Numbered from the stretch's first letter, positions 1-15,285 are shown. The stretch: 64,000 nt of DNA from Octopus vulgaris (GCA_951406725.2 OX597823.1:28210001-28274000), one strand, 5' to 3'. The notes: generated by a model from the sequence alone, not told the origin. Made by a program: numbers and translations.

Positions 1-276
1 AATTGCGACATGAGCACCTATTCTATATATCGCTAGCGGGGAGAAGAATCTAGCGGTCGAGCGTCCATCACTAACGAGAGCAAAGAAAGTTGGAACAACG
101 TGATCTGTTACTCTCAGGCTCGGAGATGGTGTGAATTTCCCCGTTAGCGATATAAACAAAAGGTCAATACGAGAGTTTCTCTCGTGCTATCTATCGCAGT
201 GTAGTTTGTTCTAACAGAACATCCACGTTTAAGTTGTGAAAAATATTATCTTTCGGTATTGGTACTGCCGCTGTCG

Positions 277-334
<58 letters not shown>

Positions 335-1088
335 AAATGTTGACTAGGTCATGTGATCTCGTTTATCAGAACATCCCTGGAGTCAAAGAAGGATAACAAC
401 AACAACAACTGCTAGAACATCAATGTGAAGAAAGCAAACTGTTTTATATGAAAACGTTAAAAGTCCATTGCTTTAGAAATTTCTTAGTCAGACATTTATC
501 GTCAACAGAAAACTAACAATGAACGACGTATGTGATTGAAGACTAAATGAAATATAAACTAGACACTTATAAAATTATTTAAGAAATCATATGTGACACA
601 AGGCAATACTTCCTGTAAATTTACGAGGGACGTATTTCGTGTCACAGTAATGAGGAAGTATATTATATCGACGCTGAAAACAAAAATTATAATAAATCAT
701 AGAAATGCAAATATTTTTAACAAGGAATATGTTTGCCTTGAATGAATATAAGTAAAATGGTTTAACGATAAAAGGAATTGGTTTTATCACGAATCTAATT
801 CTAAATGAATCAGTGATACTTTTCTTTTCTTTTATGGCTAAGGAATTTGGATAAATGTTTGAAGCAACATTTGTTGTGTGGTAAAGAAAAATTTAGCTCT
901 GAAATCACATGGTTCCAGGTTTAATCTCACTGTGCAGCAACTTGGCAAAGTGTTTTAAGAGATTTCGGCTATAGTCCCTCGCCGGCTAAAACCTTGTAAG
1001 GGAATGTGATAGGTGGAAACTGTGTGGAAACTCATCGCATATATGTGTGTGTGTATATGTATGTGTGTGTGTGTGTGTGTGTGCGTGC

Positions 1089-1147
<59 letters not shown>

Positions 1148-1149
<2 letters not shown>

Positions 1150-1347
1150 GTGTGTGCTGAAAAATCTTGGCTTTGGGTAAAAAAATTTAGGGGGATCAGT
1201 TAATTATGATTTTATTCAACATATTCCCTTCTCAGATTCACAAACTATTGCAGTGGTCTTTCAGTTTTTTTAAGCCCTGTAAAAGAACTCGGAAGTTTGT
1301 GCCTTCAGCAAAGCCTTTCACTATAGCCAGGAACTTTTAGCACCCCT
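1148..1347. mobile_element. mariner-type MITE (degenerate)
   Basis: Imperfect terminal inverted repeats (gtgctgaaaaatcttggct vs revcomp gtgctaaaaagttcctggct), embedded between microsatellites. Confidence 0.5.
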
Positions 1348-1349
1348 TT

Positions 1350-2157
<808 letters not shown>

Positions 2158-2261
2158 TTGTCCTTTTGTTCTTTATATATGTTCCTGTCTACAGGAACAT
2201 ATATATATAAAGAACAAAAGACAGCCAGTCAACCACAGTTGAAACATTCCTGTCACAACCT

Positions 2262-2305
2262 GGGACCTTGAAGACTGCTTTAATGCAAGAACGTATACTA
2301 GTCCC
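2262..2305 (+). ncRNA. Degenerate hammerhead ribozyme motif
   Basis: GGGAC-CTTGAAGA-ctgc-tttaat-gcaa-GAAC-GTATAC-TA-GTCCC; stem I GGGAC/GTCCC, palindromic stem III, core mutated; the element continues to (TA)n at about 2506. Confidence 0.5.
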
Positions 2306-2502
2306 TTAATATTTGATGTATAATATTTCATCTATTTATTAAGACAATCAATACTTCATTTCATTTTACACTATAAATACTATTTGTACTATCTATTCTA
2401 TATTCTACATTAATATTATAAGGAATATAAATAAAACATAAAAAACAGAGTTGGAATTTCTTTGAATAAAATATATCCCTCTATACACAATCATACAAAC
2501 CC

Positions 2503-2599
<97 letters not shown>

Positions 2600-3054
2600 T
2601 TCACGCACGCGTTAATATTTGAACTCCACACCGCTTGAAAACCAGTGTTAGCTTGCTTATGGCTTCGTATTTTAGTGGTTCGGCGTAGTGTGAACAATGG
2701 AACACGTACCAGACTTTAAAAATGAGTATTCGTTTCGATTTTTTTCGATGAAACCTTTCAAGACAGCGCCTCATCGTGGCAGCAGCATTCCATTGGCTGA
2801 AGCTAATAATTGTAACAGTATTTTAGTTTCTGTATTAGACTCGTGTTAAGGTTTGACGTCTTTTGATATTATTGCCGAAGAGATACACTTTCCTGTAAAG
2901 GATTCGTGTAGGACAACTCCAAATGTCTCCTGCGTATCAAACATACTACAAAATTACATCCCCATTATACACATACACACACCACACACGCATATATGCA
3001 TATATGTATAGGCGCACAAACACACAATATATATATATGTATAGACACACACAC

Positions 3055-3128
<74 letters not shown>

Positions 3129-4377
3129 ACTTCTGCCTGTGTTTTCCCCCCTAACCATTGCTTGACAATCGATGTTTATGGTCCCTGTAACTTAGAGGTT
3201 CGGCAAAAAAGAGACCGATAGTGTAAGTACTAGGCTTACAAAGTATAAGTCCTGGGGTCGATTTGTTCGACTAAAGGCGATGCTCCAGCATGACCGCAGT
3301 TAAATGACTGAAACAACTAAATAAAAAAAAACAAATGGTCGCTGGAACTGTTAGAAATACCTAAATTCCCTACATATTACACACTATAGTCTTTGAAAAG
3401 AACATTGTATAATGTAATCCTAGATAGATTATGAATCAAAATATTGAAGAATATCACGTTTGGAATGACTGTGGTCATAGGTATGTTCGGTCAGATCTGA
3501 CCTTGGGTTAAACAATAACAAAACAACCGTTCCAGTAAACTTGTCAATTCTCTAATTTGTTTCAGTAACAGCGGTACGGCAGCGGGTGATGAAAAAATAC
3601 AAAAATCAAATGAGACGAGCTGTCATTAATTATGAATTAGTAATTAATCTAATATAATAATGTTGGGCTAGCAAAACTATGGCGGCCCTCATACTTCATC
3701 AGAGTCTAGTGAAAATTGCTATTTGCAAGCTACCACCTGAACAAAACGAAGTCTATATAATTGATACAACCTTAGACATACGGTCTTTTATATTTTGACT
3801 GTAAGCACTTCAACATATTCTAAATATATCCACTTGAGTTCATTTCAGTTCGTATGCTATTGTCGGTGTCTTTCAACATACGTCTTCTCGGTTAAGGTTG
3901 ACCTGGGCTGAACTACAATGAACAATGTCTTGTTTGGATAAATGAGAATCTGGATTCACCTGCGCCACGTTCGTGGAAATGAATCGTGAAAAATATCATT
4001 TCCTAATATTCTTTCTTTTTTTTTTTTTTTATTAATTTTAGCTGAAGGTTATACAGTAAAATCTCATTATTGTTTATGAAATGATGAAGACTTTAAGAGT
4101 AGACAATATCAAACGAACTGAAATGAACTCAAGAGGATATGCTGAAGGGAAGATATTCAAAATATACAAGAATGGAAATATTAAGAGTTAAATACAATAA
4201 AAATATTTTTTCTCTTTTTAGGCGCAGGCATGGTTGTTCTGTTATGAAGTTCCTTTTGCAACCAAATGGTTTTGGGTTTAGTTCCACAGCGCGGTTCTTT
4301 GGACTTCTCTGTTGCCGCAAGTCGGTCACTTCCATGTGATTGAATTTGATAGACGAAAATTCTGTGGAAGCTTGTCT

Positions 4378-4424
<47 letters not shown>

Positions 4425-5207
4425 GTTTGTCTCCCACTCTACTTATCGATAAAATGGTGAAACAGGTCAGTTCATCCCAAATTCTTTGTAAACTCCTAAA
4501 TATATCTCCTTCTGGGTATATACTACCAAAATATGGCCTTTTTGAACTTATAATTTTCTGTGCATATATATAGATACTTCCAAACAAACATGATTTAAAA
4601 AAAAAACTTTTTAATAATTTCTCAAGATTTTTTCTGTAAACTGTTTTTAACATTTTCTTATTATCAAAGAATGTATATATATACTGTAATTTTTTGTGTC
4701 TAATATTTTAATGAACTTTCTAATATTTTCCCAATATTTTTCCCTGTAAACTGTTTTTAACATGTTCTTATTATTATCAAAGAATGTGTATATGTATTGT
4801 GATATTTTTGACAACCAGTGAATTTCACAAGAGATGCAGCTTCGTACCATTTATAATAATAAAATGATAAATGAATTAATAAAGACAGTAGTAGCAAAAT
4901 TATCGCAAATTGTTTGAATCTTCAGCACTTATCTTGTTAACGGAAAGAAATATTTCAGAATGAAGAATAAATAATAATAATAAACTGTCGTATTACTTCT
5001 GAAAGTATTGTATGTCCATATATTGTAATTCTAGTTTTGTAAAGTAGTGATTCTCATATTAGGAAAAGCAGGAATCAGAATATGGTTTTATGCTGGTGAA
5101 AGACCACAAATGATAGCATTTTGCAATGCAACAGTAAACTCAATTAGCACATTGAGGGATGCACTTAAAGAAAAAAAAATTATGAATGAAATATAAAACT
5201 TGTGTGG

Positions 5208-5389
5208 TTAACGTTCGGGAAATATCTTCTAAACTGATACTGTACGAAAAGCCTTTTATTGACACAACATTGCAGCAGAGTTACCATATATACACATAAT
5301 GTTTCAACTTCATTATCTTATAAATCTTACCAGAATTTATCAACGGACTTGCAAAAAATGAAATATAAAAAGCGGAAGGGGGGAAAAAA
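5208..5389 (+). repeat. ~180-bp direct repeat, copy 1
   Basis: Nearly identical to 8207-8388 (one substitution plus homopolymer-length differences). Confidence 0.95.
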
Positions 5390-5451
5390 TCTCCAGGAAT
5401 TTTAGCATGAACTCTGATAAGTGATGTGCAAACATACACACATCGAAGGTG

Positions 5452-5517
<66 letters not shown>

Positions 5518-5596
5518 TTTATATATATATATGTGTGTGTGTGTGTATCTACAACATTGGCTATAACCTTTCCCTCGCGTTCTCTTGTCTTCATTG

Positions 5597-5652
<56 letters not shown>

Positions 5653-6734
5653 ATGTATGTATGTATGCATGTGTGTGTGTGTGTGTGTGTATATGTCTGT
5701 GTGTGCGTATGGGGCAATAAAGCCTTAATACTAAAAGTAGCAATGCCGAATCGTTACAATTGTATGCGGAAATATCTCAGAGAGGCTAAAATTTACGCGA
5801 TATTTTTAAGTGAAAAGATTTCGCTGTATGGAAGAATGCGTACATTACTCGCATTGTAAGCAATACCTCATTGAATAAAACACATTTTCTTCTGTAAAAG
5901 CATTAAAATCTTATCCATTCCTACAGCCATAGAACATTTTCAGACAATAACGTAATATATTTTGTTTATGTTTTTAAAGCAATTAAATCGGCGATCTAGT
6001 TGTAAACGTGAGTTGATACATGATATCTGTATATTTACTAAGTAGCCAACGGTCTTTGGCAGCATCTCCTATGTATTATAGCGGATACAATGCAATAGAG
6101 CAATAGAGGACAGAGAGAATGTTTGTAGTTTAGAAGGTGCACGGTGTAGTGTCTAAAGTATTGAGCACATGAATTCTGGACCGAGCGACGTGTTATGCTT
6201 TTGAGTAAAACATATTTTGCCTTGCTCCAGTCTACTCAGATGAATAAGAGTAACAACCGACTTCTGGTGCTGCCCTCTCTCCCTCCATCTGTCACATCCT
6301 TAATGTTCTAGCTGGTCAAAGGCAGGATGGACAAGAGACTATCTATATCAACTCGCCACTACCGGGTCATACACGCTTGAATGTGACGGCGAAACAAGCC
6401 TTTGCAGTAATTCGCTTTGTGACTATGATGATTTGGGATCGATCCTCTAACGCAGCAAGTGTCATTTACCATAGCCAAGAGCAGATCGAAGCCTTCTAAA
6501 TGAAATTTGTTGACGGAAACTGTGTGGAATCAGTTCCATATTACTTATTAAGAGTAGGTAGATTTAATCCGTAACTTGATTTCATATGACAGCCAAACAT
6601 TTGAGTGCCCTTATTGAAGACAGTGACAGCCAGTCGGACCAGGTATCAGGTCTAATGATGACTTTCTCTGTTCCTTCACCAAATGTCGGTCACTCTGAAA
6701 AGGGCCATGAGAGTGCCCTTCATTCTCTAAGTTA

Positions 6735-6773
<39 letters not shown>

Positions 6774-8206
6774 GAGAGTGAGAGAAAGAAATGACAATAA
6801 AATAAATCTTACATAATAATATCACTCTAAATTGTGTATTCATCTGAACATCTCATAGATAGCAGCATCTAATCTGAGCATCTGAGCATCGTGCAAAATC
6901 AGTAGAGTATCTTTGATCACGTCGTCTGAAATGTTGTTTTTGAATTCCTTCGACAACTTCAAAGGATCTCTAAATTTCGGAATACTGAGTAAAAAAAAAA
7001 ATGAGTAAAGAAAAGGGAAAGATATACATTTGATAAGCAATCTATGTATCATACTTAAAGTAGGTACATCGAGGAAAGCCTCATAAACTGTAGTATTGTT
7101 CTTAAGAAAGCAAATCATCTCTTATGGACGTATAGATTTACAAAAGAAAGCAACATACAGGTAGCAGACAAAAATCATCCAGCAGAAATGAAGGCATTGT
7201 TAGATGCGTGTTTCTGCCTCTTTGGTCCTCGTTGGTAGCTAGTATCCACTTGCAACAACATGCAAAGACAAAATCAACCATCACTGATGTGTAGTTAAGC
7301 AGTGATTGAAAGATCACTAGAGTCCTGAATTGATGGCAGGCTGAATAAAAATGCATTATGAGCGACAGAAGCTGTATTAGTTCAAAATTGGCAATCGTGT
7401 GGCATACTTAAAATGATACATCGTTAAAAACAGTATAAATTGGGGGTATTACAGGCGTATATTGTTAAAAATAATACCCCAACCCTCAAAATACCAGTAA
7501 CGACTGCTTTTGTCATTAATAACAAATATTTATTCAGCTTGCTGGTTATTCGCGGAAACAGTGAGTTTTTCACTCACTCCTTTAAGTGGGGCTGATTCTG
7601 ATTTAGCATGCGGTTGCTAGGGATACTTGGTGATATTGAAGTCCAAGGAGGCTGATATACGCATTCAGAAATGTCACCACCGCCAGTAGACAATTTTTAT
7701 CTGCTACGGATATATTTCTGTATCTTTTAAATGCTATTACGAAATGTTTTCGCTAGACGAATACCGCAGTTCACCAGGCTTTCAATTATGTATCTACTTT
7801 AAGTATAATACACAGATTGCTATTTTGAACTAACACTGCTTCTGTCTCTAATAATGAATAAATCTGATTATGAATAATTTTGTAACATTAACGTATACTA
7901 CATTTGGTGAAACTTGTTTTAAATGTGCTAAAAACAATCAACTTCAGACTCGAATAAAAGAATGTTGTGGAATGATAAATATGAACACCGTAAAAGATAT
8001 TACAAATCTTAGTATAAAATTCAATAATGTTGACGTTAGAATACAAGTTGATTTTGGCAGTTATGTAAGGTAAGACATCAGAACTTCAGGGCGGAAATGA
8101 AAATATGAAAACAATTTAGTGGATCAATCTGATTTTTTTATTATTTGAAGCATCTGGTGGATCAATCGACGAAACGATGGGAGAGTTTGACACATTGATG
8201 GAGCGA

Positions 8207-8388
8207 TTAACGTTCGGGAAATATCTTCTAAACTGATACTGTACGAAAAGCCTTTTATTGACACAACATTGCAGCAGAGTTACCATATATAGACATAATG
8301 TTTCAACTTCATTATCTTATAAATCTTACCAGAATTTATCAACGGACTTGCAAAAAATGAAATATAAAAAGCGGAAGGGGGAAAAAAA
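8207..8388 (+). repeat. ~180-bp direct repeat, copy 2
   Basis: Copy of 5208-5389, bracketed by AACGTT at both ends. Confidence 0.95.
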
Positions 8389-8424
8389 CGTTAAGTTGGG
8401 ATTTGTAAAATATATAAAATCAAT

Positions 8425-10470
8425 GCGCAGGAGTAGCTGTGTGGTAAGTAGCTTGCTTCCCGCGCATGCATGTGTCAGTGTTTTCTTTACACTGAGAGGA
8501 GTCACGACGATGGTGTGCAGTGAACTAGTGAAGCGCAACTACAAAGTAAGACATTTGCTTTTTGGGGATGCAGTGGGGATTTCTTGCTTGTATTTATTTG
8601 TGTTTTTTCGAACAAGAGATCTCTACTGGATTCCGAGCATTTGACTGCTTAGTCCTCACTTGTGCTTAGTCCTCACATAACGGTGAGAAGGGTGTTGTAT
8701 GGGGGCGTATCCCACCTCCAAAAATTGTGGAAATTTTTCACCAATTTGTAGAGCTGTGTTCCGGTTGTTGTATTCCTCTTGCTATTTGGAGTACCAGTTG
8801 ACCAGGGAGTACTAGTTTACCGGAGAATTGTGGTCGCTGTGTCCTTGAACTGTTTTCTTTCCTTCTTCCTTCTTTTTTGTGACTTTCTTTTGAACTTTTT
8901 TATTCCTAAGAACATGGCGAAGAAACAAGACACTGAGTTGGAGTGGGAGATTGTCTCACCCAAAGAGTGGGTGAAAGATTTGGAAGAGAGGATGGCGATG
9001 ATGTTGCTCGACATCATCACCGTCTTTAAGTAAACTGTGATTGAGAAAAAGTTGACAGAGTATTTGCCAATCATGAAATTTATTTCCAGGGGTGCTGAAT
9101 ATGCAACGGTGTGGTTGCTGTTTGACCATAGCTGGTAGCAAGTATCTGGTGATACTTGAGGGACGCTCTCCCAAGTGTCACCTGTGCCTGGAACCAGGTC
9201 ACATAAAAAAGAACTGTCCTCAGGATCAGAGTAGGGTGCTGGAGCAGTTAGTGGAAGAAACGCCCTCCCCTCCTCATTCAGAGGGAGAGATGAAGACGGT
9301 CGAGGAGGTTGAAGCCTTATCGAACATGGGCCGAAAGAGGAAGAAGGTGGGTAACAAATGGTTGCCCACCGAGGGATCCTGAGGCTGCGGGAGGGAAGGA
9401 CAATCTTCCGGACAAAACGGAAGAATTCCACCCTCTCGTGTTAAAAGAGAAAAAACGAAAAAGAAAAACGGGCATTGCCGGCGGCTGCATGTCCCGAAAC
9501 CCCGTCGGTGGGAATTTGTGCCACCGATGGTGGAAACTGTGGCCTCGAACCATGTGGAAGAGGCATTTTTAGTTTCATTCCACAAAGGAGGGGGCAGTTG
9601 AAGATTTCATTAAAAATTTTCCAAAGAAGGTCAGAGGGAAGGGGTTCTAACTTGCACTAAGGACCCTGATTGGCCTCTGCAGGTAGCTGCGGAGGTCGTG
9701 TGGGACACCGATTTGTATAAGGTGATGGAATCCTTCCCCAAAGATACATTGCACTTTCTGCTGAAGCACCTCGACCTAGCACCATCGAGGTGCCTGAGTG
9801 AGGCATTGAACCTGTTCGGGCGCAGGCGGGGTGGAAAATAATTAAGAGGCGTAGTGCCTCATTTGTATGGAACTTGGGTCCAATTGAATTAAAGTAAGAG
9901 GTTTATAACCTCAATTTGATAAAAAAGAAAAGAAGAACAATTTTTTCGGGAAGCAGCCATCGGCGGGCGTCGCTTACCTTCTCTCACCAATTTCATTATT
10001 TGCTTGATCATTAATTCATCTTGTGTTTTGTCCAGCCCGCAGCTACTACCTGTATATACGGCTTTTATAGCCAATTAAATGAAATGAAATAAAGTACCTT
10101 GCTTACCAACCTCATTGTTCCGGGTTCAGTCTCACTGCGTTTCACCTTGAGCAAGTGTCTTCTGCAATAGCCTCGGGCCGACCAAAGCCTTGTGAGTGGA
10201 TTTGGTAGACGGAAACTGAAAGAAGCCCGTCGTATATATTATATGTATGTGTGTGTGTGTGTGAGTGTGTGTGTATGTTTGTGTGTCAGTACTTGTCCCT
10301 CTGATATCGCTTGACAACCGATGCTGGTATGTTTACGCCCCCATAACTTAGCGGCTCGGCAAAAGAGACCGATAGAATAAGTACTAGTCTTACAAAGCAT
10401 AAGTCTTGGGGTAAAGGCCATGCTCCATCATGGCCGTAGTCAAATGACTGAAACACGTCAAAGAATAAAT
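8425..10470 (+). mobile_element. tRNA-derived CORE-type SINE (family A), split by the 8462-10091 insertion
   Basis: 8425-8461 and 10092-10470 together match the intact copy at 61262-61701. Confidence 0.85.
8462..10091 (+). mobile_element. L1/Tx1-like non-LTR element with decayed ORF1 only, inserted in a SINE head
   Basis: Broken ORF from ATG 8914 with a CCHC knuckle (EGRSPKCHLCLEPGHIKKNCP); imperfect 16-bp TSD aagtagcttgcttccc (8446-8461) / aagtaccttgcttacc (10092-10107); (GAAAT)n-like 3' end. Confidence 0.7.
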
Positions 10471-11039
10471 GAATGCATATCTGGTATCGACGGATCAATG
10501 TTGATAATTCGACATTGATTTATAAGATTAAAGCACCAGAAATTCTGATGGGGAATTTGTTTTAAGGTTAATAGTCTTACTAAAGGAAATACCCTAGCCA
10601 AGGTTTTGTTGTATCTTGGGACGGTCTTTATACCAATAATAAACACACGCACGCATTTTAGTTCACTTCTTTAATTCAACAATCAAGTAAGTATTTGATT
10701 AATAAAGTAATCGATTGATTAATCATTGAAGAGATCGCAAATACCGATGAAAGCAATTTGACAAACAGCTGTTTACTTGATAATGTGAGACGAAATTAAA
10801 GAGGTGAAATAGAAACAGTGCATGTGTTTATTATTGACATAATGTTCTTCCTGACAAACAACAAAATCTGCTTCAGCACACGAATTCTCATCAAGAATCT
10901 TGCAAACCAAATACAAAAACGAAATATTCAAAGATTCAGCCAAATCATTTTGAGACAGGACCATTACCATTACACAGATTATTACTTCTAACCAAATTGA
11001 GGAAACTAATTAATGACGATCCTTTAAAAAGTTCCTCCA

Positions 11040-12300
11040 AGAGGGAATAAATGTCTCATTTGTAGTGGTTACATGAAAGATAGCTGCCGATGATCTCAGA
11101 ATATGTGAAGGCTATAAAGCAGGTCTAAATGAAACGAATTTGCCCAGATACTTATCCAACTATTATTACTACTACTGAATCGATATTTCATTTTCTTTCT
11201 GGTATAAATTAATTTGCTAAATTGGATTTGAAGGGTACATTTCCTCAAATAGAAACATGTTCTGAAGTAAGAATCAAAAGAAGTTATGGTAATAAATCGC
11301 CCAAATGAGTCTTTTGAGATGGACTTGTCTTCCATATTAAAACAGGCGGTACTATGATTCAGAAAGCAATTGAACATTTTGGAAATGAAGAATATATGTC
11401 TATATTGATGCTAAAACTGATCGAGAAAAATCTCTAAAGAAATAAGTTCATAAGATTTTGAAAATTATCGGGCAGGGTGATCAATCGAACAAAATTTGTA
11501 TTAGAAACTGATGAATTGTCTTTTATAGACTGACAGAAAAGAACTTATCACCAGATCAGCGTTTAATACTGAGAAATATGGACGTAAAATCTGTCAAGGG
11601 ATAAGAAGCAATTAGAAACTTTTCTCGTATATTTTCTTTTCTATAAAAGATTTATTGAGGAATTTTTTAAAGAACGCATAACGTCACTTGGCAATTGCAG
11701 TCTCTAATTTTCATGGAGAGTCAGATCACAAAAGGTATTTGACCCTATAAAGCTGATGTTAATATTCAAATTTATGATGTCACGAAAGAAGTTATACTAA
11801 CAAATCATACAAGACAATATCAGGAATAATTTCAAGAGACAACTATTCTGTATTATATGTCAGACGCATTAATCACAGCTGATGCAATGCACCCAATACT
11901 TGAAAGTGGAAGGATCGATAATTGCATATATTTGTTTAATCGAATAGCATAGCGCAATTTTGTTTGTCTCACAAAGTTTATTCCGATCATGTCACCAGAA
12001 TATATTTTTAACAGCAAATTCGTTTACTGAAACTAATATAGGCACGGGTCTTACAGGGGGCACCTTTTAATAATAAGATATAATATACAACGGAATTCGA
12101 GGTACCATTTCCTATTGGTATTTATAAATAATGTTCGTTTAGCAAACCGGAATCATAATGATGACGGCTTTCGATTCATCTTGTAGTAATATATTTATAA
12201 AACATAAAAATATAAAATTGGAATTTGTCAATGATATTTCACCTGGAATATTACAAAAGAATATTCTCACGTAATCGAGGTGATTAGCTGAAAGGTTTTT
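11040..12300 (+). pseudogene. Highly decayed Ty3/Gypsy pol remnant (RT, RT-RNaseH linker)
   Basis: Manual translation across frameshifts: LRICEGYKAGLNE, RICPDTYP, ESIFHFLSG, FAKLDLKG, SKEVMVIN, QKAIE, YDVTKEVILT; boundaries approximate. Confidence 0.65.
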
Positions 12301-12619
12301 TAAGTCGTTGAACAAAAAATAAAGCAGTTGGTATCTTGTATAACAGAAATAATTGCTCCATTTATCTGTTGCAGAAATATTAATGATGGAAGCTGCCTTT
12401 ATGGTGTACATTGTAGCTAAACAGTAGCAAGGAATAGGTAAAAAAAAATATGACGGCAATGATACGGTGAATATATGAAACGGTATATAAAATGTCAGGT
12501 GTACGCCAGAGTAAAATAAGAATAACGTCATACTGGGCATACGTCACCTAAATTAATTAATGTATGAGCACGTGAATGGATGTAGACATAGACATGGCAG
12601 TAGATGCAAGCTGACATTA

Positions 12620-12744
12620 AGAAGCTCGTAGTTTGGGGTTCAGTCCCACTGCGCGCACTTTGGACAAGTGTCTTTATTTCTAGCTTCGGACCAATTAGTG
12701 TCTTGAGAATAGATATGCTAGGAGAAAATCGCGCGGAAGCCTCT

Positions 12745-12776
<32 letters not shown>

Positions 12777-13030
12777 CTGTCTGTCTGTCTGTGTATATGT
12801 ATGTGTGTGTAGACATGTGTATGCGATTGTGTGTATATTTGTATTTGTGCTTGTCCCCATCATCGCTTGGCAACCAGTGCTGGTTTGTTTGCGACCTCAT
12901 AACTTGGAAATTCGGCAAAATAAACCGATAGGATAAGTACCAAAATTAATATAATCTACATGGCTCAGTTTGTTCGACTAATCTCTTGAATACGGTGCCC
13001 CAGCATGATCGCAGACCATCACAAGACAAA
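12620..13030 (+). mobile_element. SINE family A, diverged copy
   Basis: ggttcagtcccactgcg...ttggacaagtgtc head, internal (TG)n, then the cttggcaaccagtgctgg 3' half. Confidence 0.75.
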
Positions 13031-13776
13031 AGAATCGCACCGGTATTAAGAACGGTGTACGTCAGAAATGATACACTGATACATTATTGTCCGGGACAAA
13101 GCGTGAATTTCAGGATAAGCAGTTGTAGTCACGGCTTGAAAGTTCAGATATAATGGTAAGGAAACATATCCATTTCATTCACAATAAAATGGAAATACTG
13201 AAAGAATGGTTGCAGAAGTTAATATGGTTTGGAACACATAATATGCATATCTAAACCACATTCTTTTGAATTATCAGGTAATCACTCCCCCAGGAAAACA
13301 TTGTGATCCACCTTTGCTAAATAAGCAAACGTGATCGCCAATTACTGTATACTGAGGCTCCCGTTTAGTATTCGTGTAGAAGAAATTATGGACGGCAATA
13401 AGCTTGATTTATATCTCAAAAGGGTAATAATAAAGCAGTGATTATTAGAGGTGAACAGGCCATATTAGGTCGAGTAGAGAAAAATAAATAAAGACACAAT
13501 ATATTTATAGTGGAAAACTGTTAACCCTCAGACTGTTAATGGGTCTAATAACAAAGGTATTCATTTGACACACACGCATACACGCACACACCTATATATA
13601 TATCGTTGGGCTAAATAGCAGTAGCATTCTTCCCTTTCATGGGATTATTGTCACATTAAGTTGACAACATACCATCACTTTATTGTGGTGCTACTGTATA
13701 AATCTATCTGAGACATTTAGAAATGTATTAGTTCTCTCTCTCTCTCTTTCTTTCTCTCTCTCTCTCTCTCTTTCTT

Positions 13777-13822
<46 letters not shown>

Positions 13823-13844
13823 CATGCATACACACAAACACACA

Positions 13845-13938
<94 letters not shown>

Positions 13939-14002
13939 ACATACCGATAACTACCGGCTGCTATTTCTAGCAATGATCGTACTTCGTCTACATTCACTTT
14001 GT

Positions 14003-14067
<65 letters not shown>

Positions 14068-14580
14068 CGTGTGTGCGAGTGTGTATGTGTAAGAGCGAGT
14101 GTGAGTGTGTATGTGGTATGCATGTGTATATGACATGCGTGTCGGTATAGCAATAGTTTCGTGTGCGGTAATAATGTACAGACCTAATTAGTGCACTTTT
14201 AAACACGCTTTATGGAAAGAAAATGAAGGGCGATATGATATTTGATATATTCTGCATCCAGTAATATAAAAGAATGAACATATTGATATTGTGTGATATT
14301 TTGTTGAACAATAAAGAAACGGTCTCCATAACGATGTTAAAATGTCTTAACGAATGTCGCCATTAATTCTTATCTTTCATCTTTCGATGATCAAAGTCTT
14401 GCCAACAGCGGTGACAGGGGTGTGGTAGATTACTTCTCATTTCTGATTAGTGTATTAAGCTAGATTTTACTGTAACGAGTGTAGTGACAAGTTAATGAAT
14501 GCATACGACTGTACAGTTAAAAATGTGAGTCTGCAACCAACTGGTTACCAGTTCGATCTCAGTGTATACTTAACTGGTTT

Positions 14581-14966
14581 GGAGGCGCAATGGCCCAGTG
14601 GTTAGGACAGCGGACTCGTGGTCATATATCGCGGTTCCGATTCCCAGACCGGGCGTTGTGAGTGTTTATTGAGCGAAAACACCTAAAGCTCCACGAGGCT
14701 CCGGCAGGGGATGGTGGTGATCCCTGCTGTACTCTTTCACCACAACTTTCTCTCACTCTTTCTTCCTGTTTCTGTTGTACCTGTATTTCAAAGGGCCGGC
14801 CTTGTCACTCTCTGTGTCACGCTGAATATCCCCAAGAACTACGTTAAGGGTACACGTGTCTGTGGAGTGCTCAGCCACTTACACGTTAATTTCACGAGCA
14901 GGCTGTTCCGTTGATTCGGATCAACCGGAACCCTCGTCGTCGTAACCGACGGAGTGCTTCCATTCC
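14581..14966 (+). mobile_element. tRNA-derived SINE (family C) with 13-bp TSD
   Basis: A-box tggcccagtgg, B-box ggttccgattcc; TSD atacttaactggt at 14566-14578 and 14967-14979. Confidence 0.85.
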
Positions 14967-15004
14967 ATACTTAACTGGTCAAATGATTCTTTCATCTGAC
15001 CTTG

Positions 15005-15193
15005 GCCATGTTGGAGCTCCATCTTAAAGGGGATTTTAGTCGAAGGAATTGAGCCCAGGACCTATTCTTTGTAAGCCTAGTACTTACTCTATCGGTATCT
15101 TTTGCCAGACCGCTAAGTCACGGGGACACAAGCACACCAGCATCGATTGTCAACCAATGGCAGGGGGACAAACAAGGACACACACACACATAC

Positions 15194-15285
<92 letters not shown>

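Noticed and set aside
5208-8388. LTR retrotransposon bounded by the 180-bp repeats
   Set aside because: No TG..CA ends, PBS, PPT or internal gag/pol seen
11505-11552. CTGATGA...GAAA hammerhead candidate
   Set aside because: No stem I; lies within the Gypsy remnant; likely chance
14581-14655. tRNA gene
   Set aside because: tRNA-like head continues into a SINE body with TSD; no proper acceptor stem or T-run terminator
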